DNA of 63,458 bases, the filler included, from Craspedostauros australis (taxonomy: Eukaryota): assembly GCA_030167865.1 (NCBI GenBank). It is 16 parts of 16 records of this genome, joined end to end, with 100 filler letters (N's around TTAATTAATTAA, not from the genome) between each part and the next. Parts side by side here need not be neighbours in the genome. Positions count along the whole stretch, not along the records: positions 23,257 to 29,565 come from JALAGF010000886.1; positions 29,666 to 37,584 come from JALAGF010000887.1; 14 more parts are not named here. One strand, written 5' to 3'. Position numbers and translations under genes: made by a program. Below, piece by piece: positions 24,001 through 35,705 of this stretch; the stretch's first letter is position 1, and the number at the start of each line of letters is the position of its first letter. The notes beneath the pieces were generated by a model. That model saw only the letters and a list, made by a program, of their open reading frames with translations. It had not been told where the DNA came from and did not search any database.

Positions 24001-24984
24001 TTGTGTGTCTGGATCAAAGCGTTTCGCGCCAGAGGGATGCTCAGATTTGCCTCGGTTTCGTGGTCGTGGCGATCTCTCATCCCTCCATTTTGTGGAGCAC
24101 AAAGCATGTGTATCGACATTTTGAATGCTTGCAGCATCGGCTGACCAAATAACCGATGCCGATGTCGCATCGTCAACTGAATCGCCAACTCTTCTCTTGT
24201 TGCAAAAGCCCGCCAAAACTCGCTTCGATGGTTGGCTTGTGTTGGTGATTCTTGTTTCATTTTTCAAATGTGGCTGACATACTCTCAGTATAATAAGTTT
24301 AGTCATATCCCTCCATTTTAAATCGTGACAAAGATCACGGCGAGCGTCCAAAGGCGTTGCATCGACGTTAAATTGGCTTGGGCCCTTGGCGGTTCTCGCG
24401 ATGTAACACGTCGGAGTACGACTATGAGCTGTGTTGGGTGCAGGCACACTGTTCGTGTGGTCCTCCGCCGATACTCAACTATGCACGATTGCCAACGCGC
24501 AATGAAATCTCTAGTGCGTCGCGCGTACCGAGCCTGTCCGTGCCACAAATGGTCATGTGAATAGGGAGTCTCCATGGTCTCCACAGAGAGTGGGAGAGAC
24601 CTACCCGCAGCGCGATCGTCCAATGCTATGAGTATCTATTCATGGTGTATGATGCAATACGTACAAGCATACACGGCGTGTCCAAGATTACTTTTGGTTG
24701 CAGAGTATGGTTTGTTCGCCTTCCCTGTCCTACCGAGAGAGACAGGGAGTCCTGCCACTTGTCCTTTCCAGTCCTGCCTTCACGTATTGTACGTATTATA
24801 CGTATTTGTGCGCGGCTACTCTTACTGCTTTTTGATGTGGTGAAGGCTGCTGGTGCCTGACAAAGCGGCGAAGAAGAAATTTGAGAAGCGCTTCTCGCCA
24901 CACGGATTCTACCCATCACGGATACCGAGAATGGCCAAATCATATGAACGCACGCTCCGCGTTCCTGTCGCCGTACCCAGTGCT

Positions 24985-27330
24985 CTACATTATTGATGCA
25001 TCCAGCAATCGTTGGCCGATCCTTCCTGACACCATCTTCAGATACGCCACCTCGTTGCCATCCAGCAATGTATCGCCGCGATCCATGCGCAGCTTGCCAA
25101 CGCCCGTCGCCTCAAAGTTGGCAAGGATGTGATCGACCTCCAAATCGGAGAATCGTTCCACCTCCACGATATCGATGGATGATGCCCGTCGTTGCGCTGA
25201 TGCCAGCATTCCATTTGTGATGACATGACGCACGGCGTGCGATTCGGTTGTGGACACCACGATGCCACCGCGTTTCAGAAATTGGGGTTCTGTGACGTCA
25301 TCCAAATCATCTTCGTCTGCACGCAAGGCCAACGCATGCATAGCTGGTGCGAAGAGGGAGATGTGATCGTAAGGGATGGCATCACGCACTTCGTCATCGT
25401 AGTCCATGTGGAAGTAATGACCTTGGTCGTAGTAGCAGTTAAACTGATCGAGGACCATGAGGAACGGTGTTTGGTCTTGCTGCATCAAGTGATCCACCAC
25501 GATGGAATAGCACATGGGCGCATGTGCCTTGACGTCGGCAGCGTGCTGCAGAAGCTGCACCAAGGACATGCCGTCGTTGGAATACCCATCAATCTTTTGG
25601 ATCTGAGCTTCCGTGAAGTGTTCTTCTATGGTGGCGTGTGTAGCGCTCATGTCCTTGAGATCTTTGGAGTGCATGGTGAGGAGCTGTGCGCACAGTTCTT
25701 GCGACAGATCTGGCAAGTCAAAGACGCCCTTCTTGCGACGGTTGGATGTGATGTAGAATCCGTTCTTGCGCAGACGATCTCCGTCGGGGAGGAAGAGCAC
25801 GATGTGACCCGAAGCTCGTGCCGATGCCACGACAGCAGCCAGAGTCGCCGATTTGCCGACACCCTTCTCACCGTGAACGTAGACGAGGCTGGAGTCCTTC
25901 TCTGTCAAGGCCTGCGCTATGGCCCGTGTGGATTGCCGCAGCATGATGCGCTTTGTGGCATGATTGGCTGCGAGTTCCCATTCCTCCACCATTCTGCCTG
26001 GACCATCGTGCGGATGAGGTTCGAGCGGTGTCAAGATGGATGGCACCATCGGTGGATTCTCGCCTGATGACTCCACGGAGTCAACACAGTCCATGAACAC
26101 AGGTTGAGCATCATCGTCGTTGTCAGCGCTGATATTCGCAGTCGCTGCTGTCTCTGCCACAGCAGAATCGTCGCTCTTTGGTTCATCGCCATTTCCATCT
26201 CCCTCGCCGTCTGTGATGGTTGCGTCGCTAGTCGCTTCTGCGTTACCAGTTGCTTCTGTACTGTCCGTTGCGATCGATGGGACTGCCACGGGTTTCTCTG
26301 GCGCCTCATCCGAGACCGATCGGAGAAAGTCCTCCAAGGACTGTTCCACCCACTCGCCGAAGTGCGGGTGCAGACCCAGGATCTCTTCCGATTCCTTGAG
26401 CTGCGCTTCGACGGATTCGAACAATTCATCAATGGCATCCTGCTTGTCGTCCCAACTTGGCAGCTTGCGGATCTGTTCGGCACGCGGTGCGGCAAGTTCG
26501 ATAACGCGAGGCCGGATTTGGGTGTCGAGGATTTTGCGCGCACGTTGCTTGGCGTACGCCTTGGCCTGTCCCTTGCCGGGGAGTGGGCCGAGGGGTGATG
26601 GCAGAGCGAGCTTGGCAATTGTTTCCAGTGTGGGGATGCCATCTGTGATTGGCAGACGGTGTGAACGGCAGTGAATGGGCAATTGGGATGAGTGAGGACT
26701 TGACGAGAGAGAGAAAGTATGCGACCAGCAACGGCAGCAGCAACAACACCAACAGCACCAGCTCTTTGACTAATACCACCAATACAGATGGCAACCGATA
26801 TCATCACGATTGTAAATCCTTTCAAAGGAATGCACCGACTCACCAGGATGGACCTGCACGCGTTCCTGAGCGATGCGTGAGACATATTCCGGGGACCAAT
26901 CCAAGACATCATCTGGGCCCTTGGGGTTCATCCAGTCATCGTCTCCGATCTCCCATGGATCGGACCAGATACGTCCCGTGCGTTCGTCGAGTTCGTTCTG
27001 GACAGCCTTGAAGTGCTCGTCATCCTTTTTCTTTTGGTCAAGCAATTCATCGATGTACTCCTCGTCCGTCATACCTGACGGCGCGTACACGGGTGTGTCA
27101 GCTGCGGCCGTTTGCAATTCCTCATTCGCAGAACTGTCAGTGTTGTTGTTCTCGGAGGAAAAGTGGCGCGCATAGGCACGCACTTGGCACTGCCATTGAT
27201 GGTTGGATCGCGCGGCGGCGGTTGATGTATTGGCCTGGGTTGTTGCTGTTGCTGTCCCTGTCGTTTTGGTGCCGAAGACAGCTACCTTGGAGGAAAGCTG
27301 ACGGCGGATGCTGTTGGCGGATCTCCACAT
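24985..27330 (-). CDS. DAP3: Mitochondrial small-subunit ribosomal protein mS29 / death-associated protein 3; exons 27330-26844 and 26642-24985, 714 aa
   Basis: Arg/Ser/Thr-rich mitochondrial presequence MWRSANSIRRQLSSK; GTGAGT...CAG intron 26843-26643 restores the frame (HP-D-GIPTL); P-loop GEKGVGKS, IVLFLPDG, LMVLDQFN and YLKMVSG. Confidence 0.85.
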
Positions 27331-28532
27331 GATTGTCAAGTTTGCTCGAGGATTGGGTTGGTCTATCTGAGTATCAACCTTGGCACTCTCTCTCTCTCTC
27401 TCTCTCTCTGGCGATCTGGGCAGCAATTTGGGAAGCTATTGGTCTGTTCTGCTCAGCGTTCGACGGTTGAAGGCTTCAAGGAATGATGAGAGGCGAGCGA
27501 TCTTGGCCAAGTTCGTCTGCAATAGAGGGCGGCAGACGATGGCGGCGGTTCTGTGGATCTTGAGGTGGCAGCGAAGGATCAAGAACCAGGGGTTGGAGAG
27601 ACTGAAGAGAAAGAGGGAGACGTTGCACGCATCAAATCGCCACCTCCATCGCGCTTCTTGTGTTTTCACCGTTCCTGGCGTCGCTGCGGCAGTTTTCTCT
27701 GTCGCCACCATCAATTCAGATACACGGACGACGTACGGACAGGGATGTACACATAGTTGAGATTGAATTAGAGAGTCGGAGTTGAGATTCAATAAGGGAC
27801 AGACTATCACCGGACACGGTGTTCACCTCCGGCCTGATCGACCACCAAAGCTTTTCTCCCCCTTTCTCTCTTCCACTCACGAATCCATCCTGACTCATGA
27901 CATTACCGATCTGACTCATACTCACCTTGGGAACTATATGCTCCTCAGATCCTTTCACTACAACATACCTCAATTCCCTCAATGCCAATGGCTACTACAT
28001 CATCACCGTAGTCTTGGCGCGTATATCCAACTTGCTTCAACTCAAGCAAAGGAATCCGAGAGTGAGCTCCAACCACAGCCATTGCTTCATGACTACCTCC
28101 ATTGAGCATCATGATCTATGCTGCAGTGTGTCTATGTGTGAGGAGAGCAAGGAGCAACAGTCAACGCATGTCCTCAAGCGCTGGACTAAGTACATCAGTA
28201 CAGGGCCCTATCAAGTTGCATGACATCGTTTCTTCATCCTACCAATACAGCTAGCTAACTCAAAATAACACAGACAGAGATTAGTACAAAGGCACTCATC
28301 TATTCATCGTTGCAGTAACTTATCTACTAACCAGTATACTCCTCTTGTGTCGGAATGTGTGTACTCGGATGTGTATACATCAGTCACACTTGCGTGCCAT
28401 CAAGAATATTTGTTGGCGCAATCACAACCCAAAGTTGGTGACATCACAACGATACCACTGTCGAAATTCCCCGTAGTCCCAAAAGTAACATGCTCCTGTA
28501 ACGCTCAGGAGTGATCGATCCTACACTTGCCA

Positions 28533-29565
28533 TGTTGAAAGTGAGGGGGATTTTGTTATTTCTGTCCTCTGTTCTGGTTCAGTCCCGTACAATCGGGAAT
28601 TACTGATGTCACACAGTTTGACACCCTCCCTAATTCGCGATTCGTACCCGACGATTGGTTGGTTGGTTGTTGTGCTTGTCCTCCATTACTTGTCTCTGTG
28701 TGTCTTCTTCTGGGGTCGTTGGGCCTTCAGCTTCTCTCTTGCGTCCTGCTGGAAACTGTTGTCACGTTCCTTTTTGTATACCGCTGATGCAAGCGGTCGC
28801 CCTCCCAGGTCTCGATGTTCCACCTGCGGGTTGTTTTTGCACTTTTTCTCTCGTTGTATCGTTGTTCTTCTTTTTGCTTCGGAAAATCAGGTGTCGGTGG
28901 TATCGAACCCATGAAGTTGGTCCGATCTGATTCTTCCTCAGTCAACTATTCCGCTCTCCCGGGCGTAAGCCACAGATTTACGTTACCATGTTCCTCACGT
29001 AGTGATGGCGCACGTCGATATGTCGCGATCGTTGGGATGTTGATGGGTTCTTGGCGATGAAGATCGCTCCGATGTTGTCCACGCGGACTTTAATTGGTGT
29101 CTTCACTGGGACGCCCACACTTTCGAGTAGCTGCACGACGAAGAAGATTTCCTTTGCCGCTTTGGAAAGGGCAACGTATTCTGCTTCGGATGAGCTGAGT
29201 GTGACGGCCTTCTGTGCCTTGGATTGCCAAAGGATTGGTACCTTGCACAGGTATAGGATGAACCCTCCTACGCTGATTCTCGTGTTCTTGTCTCCTGCAT
29301 ATTCGCTGTCGCAGAAGAGCTCCATGTCCCAGCCGTCGTCATCTGGACGCACTGGATGGATCTTCAATCCATAGTCCTTTGTATCGATCACATACTTGAT
29401 GATCCGATACATCTCCTTCATTGCGGCCTTGGTGGGCCCAATCAATACCTTGGAGAGTTCCCTCACAGGGTTCGCGATATTTGGTCGCGAGTGCTTGATG
29501 AGGAAGAGTAGCATACCGACGCCTCGGCGGTATTCGGCATGTTCTTCCGGTCCGACCTTCTGTAG
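28533..29565 (-). mobile_element. Copia 3' fragment: RT end, truncated RNase H, PPT and short 3' LTR (28623-28533)
   Basis: ORF 28978-29514 is clearly paralogous to the end of 14016-16013 (SRPNIANPVRELSK, FCDSEYAGDK, SSSEAEY, RHIDVRHHY); GGGAGGG then TGTCAAA...TTTCAACA. Confidence 0.88.
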
Positions 29566-30124
29566 NNNNNNNNNNNNNNNNNNNNNNNNNNNNNNNNNNN
29601 NNNNNNNNNTTAATTAATTAANNNNNNNNNNNNNNNNNNNNNNNNNNNNNNNNNNNNNNNNNNNNGCAATGATGCCGACAGTGACAGTCTCCACGAGCAT
29701 GGTGGGAGTGCGATGAGTAAGACGTACAGAGTACGCAATGTGATAAGGATGGCGGCGGTTCCACCGACAGTGGCGGCGAGAGAGACGAAGATCTCTTCGC
29801 ATCGCAGCCGCGTCGCTGCCAGATGCTCCCAATGATCCTGCCGTCGCTCGTCACTATCTGTACCTCCATCCGTGCAAGTCCATGACTACCACCAACGTGC
29901 GTGACGAGACCAAGCCACAGCCATTCCAACTCATCCGATCCCACGCCCATCGTACTCCTTTTCTCTCTCTCTCTCTCGCTGTCTCGTGTGCTTACCCATG
30001 CCGACAGTCCCTCTTGTATCCACAGTGTACGAACCTCACTCGCGGCATTCCATCAAGCCAAAAGACACTAGACCCAAGCATCATATTCCGAGCACAATCA
30101 ACCAACAATCACCCATATCTCACA

Positions 30125-32428
30125 ATGAAGTTCGCAACCAGCTCCTTGGTTTTGGCGAACATCGCCGCGACCGCCGCTGTGAATAACAATGTCGTCACCA
30201 ACATCCGCAGTGGAGCCAACAGAGACGATAAGAATGCCAGAGACGGTAAGCCGTCATGGACGTACTATGGAAACGACGAAAGGAAGCTCCAGGAGATCAC
30301 CGATACGCCCAATAAGCTCCGTCGCAATGCCCAGGAGGCAGGTTCAGATGTGGACTTCAAGAGCACTGAGGGCATGTCTGCATCCAACTCCAAGTCACCA
30401 AAGAGCGACAAGTCAAGCAACACGAAGGCCAAGGCACCAAAGAGCGACAAGTCAAGCAAAACAAAAAGCAAGAAGTCAAAGAGCGACAAGGAAGGCGTCA
30501 TGAAGAGCAAAAAGTCGAAGAGCTCCGACGACACACAGGCGCCAACCGCAGCTATCGGAACCAACGAACCAACGCAAGTGCCAACAAGCGGACCAATTGG
30601 AACACCCACAGATGAGGGCGGAACGATAACCACTGCCCCTACTTCCAATCCAACGGGCGGCCCGACAACCACTCCGACCTCTGCTCCGACCTCGGCTCCA
30701 ACTCCTGGCACAACTTCAACCCCACAAACCGGTCCCGGTGCTCCTACCTCAGCACCAACTAGTGCCCCGACCTCGGCACCAACCAGCATTCCCGCTCCAC
30801 CAACCTCGGCTCCAACAAGTACTCCGACTTCAGCACCGACTTCGGCACCAACCGGCGTTCCTGCTCCTCCAACCTCGGCTCCAACAAGTGCTCCAACGAG
30901 CGCTCCAACTTCAGCACCGACCGGCATTCCCGCTCCTCTCACCTCGGCTCCAACAAGTGCTCCGACTTCAGCACCAACAAGCGCTCCAACAAACGCACCA
31001 ACTTTAGCACCGACTTCGGCACCAACCGGAGTGCCCGCTCCTCTCACCTCGGCTCCAACAAGCGCCCCAACAAGCGCTCCAACTTCAGCGCCGACCGGCA
31101 TTCCCGCTCCTCCAACCTCGGCTCCAACTTCAGCGCCAACAAGTGCTCCAACAAGTGCACCAACTTCAGCTCCGACAAGTGCTCCAACATCAGCGCCAAC
31201 TGGCGTCCTCCCTTCTCCAACGAGCGCACCAACTTCGGCTCCGACATCCGCACCCACCAGCGCACCAACATCAGCACCAACAAGCGCACCGACTGCGGCT
31301 CCAACCTCAGCTCCAACCAGCGCCCCAGTCAGTTCCCCAACAAGTGCACCAACTTCAGCACCAACAAGCGCACCGACTTCGGCACCAACTAGCGCCCCAA
31401 CATCGGCTCCAACCGTAGGCTCCAACGTTTCAGCTTTCCTCGCTGCCCTCGGTACACCAACCACTTCCGCCGGCACTGCTCTTCTCTCTGCGATCCAGAG
31501 CGAAAACGATCTCCTCGAGATCTTCGCCAACCAGGTCACCATCGCTGACGGCGTCGCTCTCTTCAATGACATTAGCGGAAAGGCCGGTGTTCTCGAGGCC
31601 TTCACTGAAGGAGCCGCTAGCACAGGAGAGATGTTCACAGGGACCGCTGCTGCCGCCGCCTCCTGGTGTGCCGAAGCAGGCCGCACATGCTGCGTCGGAG
31701 ACATGGCCTGTTCTTGGGTGGGAGTCGCCTCGATCGCATCCAACAGTTGCATCGGGCAGGAGGCCTGCGAGAACCTCGAGACCCAGACCATCATCTTCCA
31801 GGGATCCTGTCTCACTGGCGCCGCCAATGACGGTAACGCCTGTGCGTACTTCAACTTCAACTCCGGAACCAACAAGGCTTCCGTTGTTGCGCCAAGATCG
31901 TGCATCGGAAACAATGCCTGCTATGCCTTCGCCCAGCAGGCCAACGGTGATGGCATTGTCGGCACAGCTTCCTGCACTGGAGCAAGCGCCTGCGCTGCCA
32001 TGGGTGCTGGACCAGCCAGCTACGCCACGGTCACACCAACCCAGGGCAACGGCACCACCGACAACAAGCGTATCTCCAACACGATCGTCGGCACCGAATC
32101 GTGCTCAAATGATTTCTCCTGCTCATACGTCAACGCGCACGTGAACGACCTCAACACCACGCCAAACACCCCATTCAACCAATTCGAAGGCGATACAACG
32201 ATTGGTGATGGTACTTGCGTGCCATCCGGTTCATGCCGATACTTGGGCTATCAGTACTACTGGAGCGCAGACATCAACCTCTCCGATGACGTGTGCAATG
32301 ACACGCCTGTCATGCGCTACAGCGGATGCAGCTACTGTTACTACAACCTTAGCGCCGCCAACAGCTGCACGCCTGTCACAGCGGTCTTCACCATCACCAG
32401 CGGCAGCTCTTGCCCAGCCTGCACTTAA
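30125..32428 (+). CDS. Secreted silaffin/mucin-like protein: signal peptide, RKL site, KxxK-rich block, long PTSA repeat and Cys-rich C-terminal domain, 767 aa
   Basis: MKFATSSLVLANIAATAA; ERKLQ; SKSPKSDKSS..KAPKSDKSSKTKSKKSKSDK; about 240 aa of (PTSA)n; repeated SCxGxxAC units. Confidence 0.9.
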   Translation: MKFATSSLVLANIAATAAVNNNVVTNIRSGANRDDKNARDGKPSWTYYGNDERKLQEITDTPNKLRRNAQEAGSDVDFKSTEGMSASNSKSPKSDKSSNTKAKAPKSDKSSKTKSKKSKSDKEGVMKSKKSKSSDDTQAPTAAIGTNEPTQVPTSGPIGTPTDEGGTITTAPTSNPTGGPTTTPTSAPTSAPTPGTTSTPQTGPGAPTSAPTSAPTSAPTSIPAPPTSAPTSTPTSAPTSAPTGVPAPPTSAPTSAPTSAPTSAPTGIPAPLTSAPTSAPTSAPTSAPTNAPTLAPTSAPTGVPAPLTSAPTSAPTSAPTSAPTGIPAPPTSAPTSAPTSAPTSAPTSAPTSAPTSAPTGVLPSPTSAPTSAPTSAPTSAPTSAPTSAPTAAPTSAPTSAPVSSPTSAPTSAPTSAPTSAPTSAPTSAPTVGSNVSAFLAALGTPTTSAGTALLSAIQSENDLLEIFANQVTIADGVALFNDISGKAGVLEAFTEGAASTGEMFTGTAAAAASWCAEAGRTCCVGDMACSWVGVASIASNSCIGQEACENLETQTIIFQGSCLTGAANDGNACAYFNFNSGTNKASVVAPRSCIGNNACYAFAQQANGDGIVGTASCTGASACAAMGAGPASYATVTPTQGNGTTDNKRISNTIVGTESCSNDFSCSYVNAHVNDLNTTPNTPFNQFEGDTTIGDGTCVPSGSCRYLGYQYYWSADINLSDDVCNDTPVMRYSGCSYCYYNLSAANSCTPVTAVFTITSGSSCPACT
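30670..31413 (+). repeat. Coding 12-bp degenerate tandem repeat (PTSA) with higher-order G(V/I)PAP spacers
   Basis: Amino-acid periodicity is conserved while synonymous positions vary. Confidence 0.95.
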
Positions 32429-33040
32429 GCGGCTCGTGTGGGCAACCCTACATATGGACAGTCTTCCCATTCTTCCACACCAATCCCACACCTTGGGGGG
32501 CTTGGGCAATCCACGGATGATGGTCTCATCATCGCTACCGGATGTTCTGGGCAACAGGGATGCACAAGAAACCTCGACGCCAAACTGCACGCATCATTAC
32601 GGAACAAGCAGAACGTCCACAACATTAACAGAACCAGGTGTTCAACCCAAGGCGTTTTGGCCTGGAACATTCCTGGAAGATGGAAGCGGCCCAGCACACA
32701 ATTCATATCATAGAGTACGTGCCATCGCATAAGTACTATAATCTATCATACCTGTCAGTCATGAAACCAAACCACAATCGCATCGGAGAATGGAGGAAAG
32801 CAAACATCTTGCACTCACGCACCTGTTGCTTCTTTTATCTGCAGCCGCAAGTGCACCTCCTCGATCAGCAATGCGACATCGAGACATCCAGACTCCACGA
32901 GCATCTCCCAACAACAGAACGCTGTCATGAGTACGACGGCAGCTTTTTGTTTATCGTCGACTTTGAGACGTCGTAGATCTGCTCCCACGTTTCCAGCGTC
33001 GGAGGTGGTCTATTCGCCCTGAGACAAGCTGAACGAATGC

Positions 33041-33248
33041 GATGGAGATCGACTGCGCAAGACCGAGTTCTCCCCGCACTCGTACATCACACCCAATCGT
33101 CGCAAGAAGGGCGCCTTGGACTTGCCAGATGAGTCGCAAGGGATGTGCCTACGGCTCCTCATCATTCACTCCAAGCACCTCAACGACATGAGCGCGATGA
33201 GTACCACCATGGAAGAACACTTCACAGAGGCTCAGATCGAACAGATTG
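33041..33248 (+). pseudogene. Isolated diverged fragment of the DAP3 gene
   Basis: Translates DGDRLRKTEFSPHSYITPNRRKKGALDLPDESQGMCLRLLIIHSKHLNDMSAMSTTMEEHFTEAQIEQI, compared with DGDRLRKNGFYITSNRRKKGVFDLPDLSQELCAQLLTMHSKDLKDMSATHATIEEHFTEAQIQKI at about 25590-25786. Confidence 0.9.
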
Positions 33249-33465
33249 CTCACAACTATTGGAATTACCAAATCTGAAATGAAGATAGCAAGGTGGTCTT
33301 GGAGTTAGATGCATTTCGCTTGCTCCATTTACCATCTCTACTGTCCTCGTCGTTTGCATGCCGCTTGGTCTGAGTAGTGTGTATGCACCAGCACTGAACG
33401 CTCTGAAATGCTACCTGATGAGATGCCACGCAATGGACCGCCGCTTCATCCCGCTTCATTCCGCT

Positions 33466-35130
33466 TCATCCATACGGACTATGGATGCGGTCCATCTCCA
33501 CGTATACCGACTTCATCTTCGTCCACGATTCGATGCCCGCCAACCCATTCTCCGCGCCCAAACCGGAATGCTTGTACCCGCTCCACGGCAATTCCACAGG
33601 CGCCAAGTTGTAGTTGTTGATGTACGTCGTGCCAGCCTCCAGCTGAGCCACAACACGATGCGCGCGTCGGATGTCGTTGGTGAAGACGCCTGCCGCCAAG
33701 CCGTACGTCGTGTCGTTGGCACGTTGGATGACTTCTGCTTCCGATTGGAAGGACAGAACGGACATGACCATGCCGAAGATCTCGTCTTGCACGATCTGCA
33801 TGTCGTCACGACAATCGGTGAAAATGGCAGGTTCCAGGAACCAGCCGGGACGTGGGAGGCGTGCGCCGCCGTACAACAATGTCGCGCCGTCCTTGTTGCA
33901 TCCAACGTCGATGTAATGCTGGACCTTCTCCATGTGCTGCTGCGTGATCATGGGGCCAATCTCGGTCGTCTCGTCCATGGCATCTCCGATTCGAAGTTTC
34001 TTTGTGCGCTCCACGAGACGATCCAGGAACTGCGGCATGATGGAGTCCTGGACGAAGACACGCGTCGCATTGCTGCAAACCTGACCACTGGAGTACCAGT
34101 TCCCGACCATGGCCGCCGTGACGGCATCGTCGAGGTCATTGCTCGTGTTGGCGCAATCTTCAAACACGATCAATGGTGATTTGCCGCCCAGTTCCAACGT
34201 CGTCTTTGTCACGTTCTGCGCGGCCTGTTGGTAGATCTTCTGGCCGGTGGCGACGGAACCGGTGAAGGATATCTTGGAGATCCGCGGATCCGACGCCAAC
34301 GCAGATCCCACCGTGGCGCCGTCACCCAGGAGGACCTGGAAGACACCATCCGGAACACCGGCCTCCTGGTAGATCTCCGCCATCATCAAGGCCGTCGAGG
34401 GCGTCAATTCGGAAGGCTTGAAGACGATGGCATTGCCGAATGCCAAGGCCGGCGCACTCTTCCATACGGCCGATTGCAGCGGGTAGTTCCAAGCCCCGAT
34501 ACCTGCTGCGACACCCAGTGGTTCCCTGCGGGTGTACCCGAAGCTCGTGGTGGCGGAATGCTGCTGTTGCTGGATGTTTGGGTTCTCGTCTGTCGCGGTG
34601 TCATGTGGAACGCTGTTACCGCCACCGCCACCGTTGGGAAGGTCGATGTATTGACCACCGACGCTGGTCGCAACACCGGCGAAGTAGTTCAAGCAGTCCG
34701 CGGCGCCTGGAGCTTCGTGGCGCGTTTCCTGGATGCACCGTCCCGTATCTTCGCTCTCCGCTATCGCAATGTCCTCCGCGCGTTCCTGTATGAGACGGGC
34801 TGCTGTGCGCAGCACATTCGCACGATCCATGGGAGACATGGATGCGGAGTACCAGTCCTGTGCTTGTGCTGTTTTGGCGGATGTGATGGCATCCTTGACC
34901 TGCGGAGTGGTGGCCGGTTGCCAATGTGCACGCACTTCCTGCGTTGTGGCATTCACCAGGGGAACAATGGTGCTGTCATCCTTCGGCTCCGTCGATGGAG
35001 ATCCTGATGGGCTTGATACAGATCCCGCAGCTTCAACGAAGCGTCCATCGATCCATGAACGCAGTGGAGATCCTTGCTGAATGGCCGCTCTCGTCTGGAA
35101 CGACGAAAGGACGGAGCGTGTGCGGAGCAT
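33466..35130 (-). CDS. betB: Betaine aldehyde dehydrogenase / ALDH9-family aldehyde dehydrogenase, probably mitochondrial
   Basis: YTRREPLGVAAGIGAWNYPLQSAVWKSAPALAFGN, FKPSE, FTGS, LELGGKSP, catalytic GQVCSN, EIFG and SGLGAENG; presequence-like MLRTRSVLSSF; intronless. Confidence 0.9.
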   Translation of the reverse strand: MLRTRSVLSSFQTRAAIQQGSPLRSWIDGRFVEAAGSVSSPSGSPSTEPKDDSTIVPLVNATTQEVRAHWQPATTPQVKDAITSAKTAQAQDWYSASMSPMDRANVLRTAARLIQERAEDIAIAESEDTGRCIQETRHEAPGAADCLNYFAGVATSVGGQYIDLPNGGGGGNSVPHDTATDENPNIQQQQHSATTSFGYTRREPLGVAAGIGAWNYPLQSAVWKSAPALAFGNAIVFKPSELTPSTALMMAEIYQEAGVPDGVFQVLLGDGATVGSALASDPRISKISFTGSVATGQKIYQQAAQNVTKTTLELGGKSPLIVFEDCANTSNDLDDAVTAAMVGNWYSSGQVCSNATRVFVQDSIMPQFLDRLVERTKKLRIGDAMDETTEIGPMITQQHMEKVQHYIDVGCNKDGATLLYGGARLPRPGWFLEPAIFTDCRDDMQIVQDEIFGMVMSVLSFQSEAEVIQRANDTTYGLAAGVFTNDIRRAHRVVAQLEAGTTYINNYNLAPVELPWSGYKHSGLGAENGLAGIESWTKMKSVYVEMDRIHSPYG

Positions 35131-35705
35131 GGTGGTGGTGGTGGTGGCGATGAACAGTCGCACGACGGAAAGAGGAGGGAGAAATGAATACCCGTCGCAG
35201 CGTGCAATAGGATGCCGTCGTCGTATTGGGACGGTGGGAGTGTGAAAGGGTATGCCATAAAGTTGGGTACTCTATTCTGCTCTGCTCTTATTTTTATCGT
35301 CTGTCGTTCAACTGGAGCAACCGCGATGGTTGTGCCAAAAAGGGACGCCAGCGAAGAAACTGGTTCTCCGCTCGCAAGCAGCGCCGACAACAGATCGCAA
35401 CGGATACCACGAACAGTGCCAGAACGACCCCAACCCTGTGCAGCATCCGGACTTCTGAACCACAAGGATCCATCAATTGAATCCAATTGGTGATACCTAC
35501 GAAGAGAATCATCACACTTTTGCTTCCTCAAACTCATTGCTCTCGTTGATAAAATATAAACTTCATATTTCTGTTCTGAAAGTCTAACGATCATTTTGCC
35601 GACGTCGTACAGACTTTTCAACTGTTCCAAGCTCTTTGTCTCAGTCGGGGATTAGTCCTGTAGTAGAACGTCCGTACTGATAATTGTTCGTTTTTGTCCG
35701 TTATG

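Noticed and set aside
30265..31914. 549-aa minus-strand ORF with GAEV/GALV repeats
   Set aside because: Antisense shadow of the PTSA coding repeat; the plus strand has the signal peptide and coherent domains.
33466..35130. Bacterial contaminant or recent HGT of betB
   Set aside because: It has an organellar presequence and low-complexity insertions, and it shares a contig with diatom-type genes; being intronless is common in diatoms.
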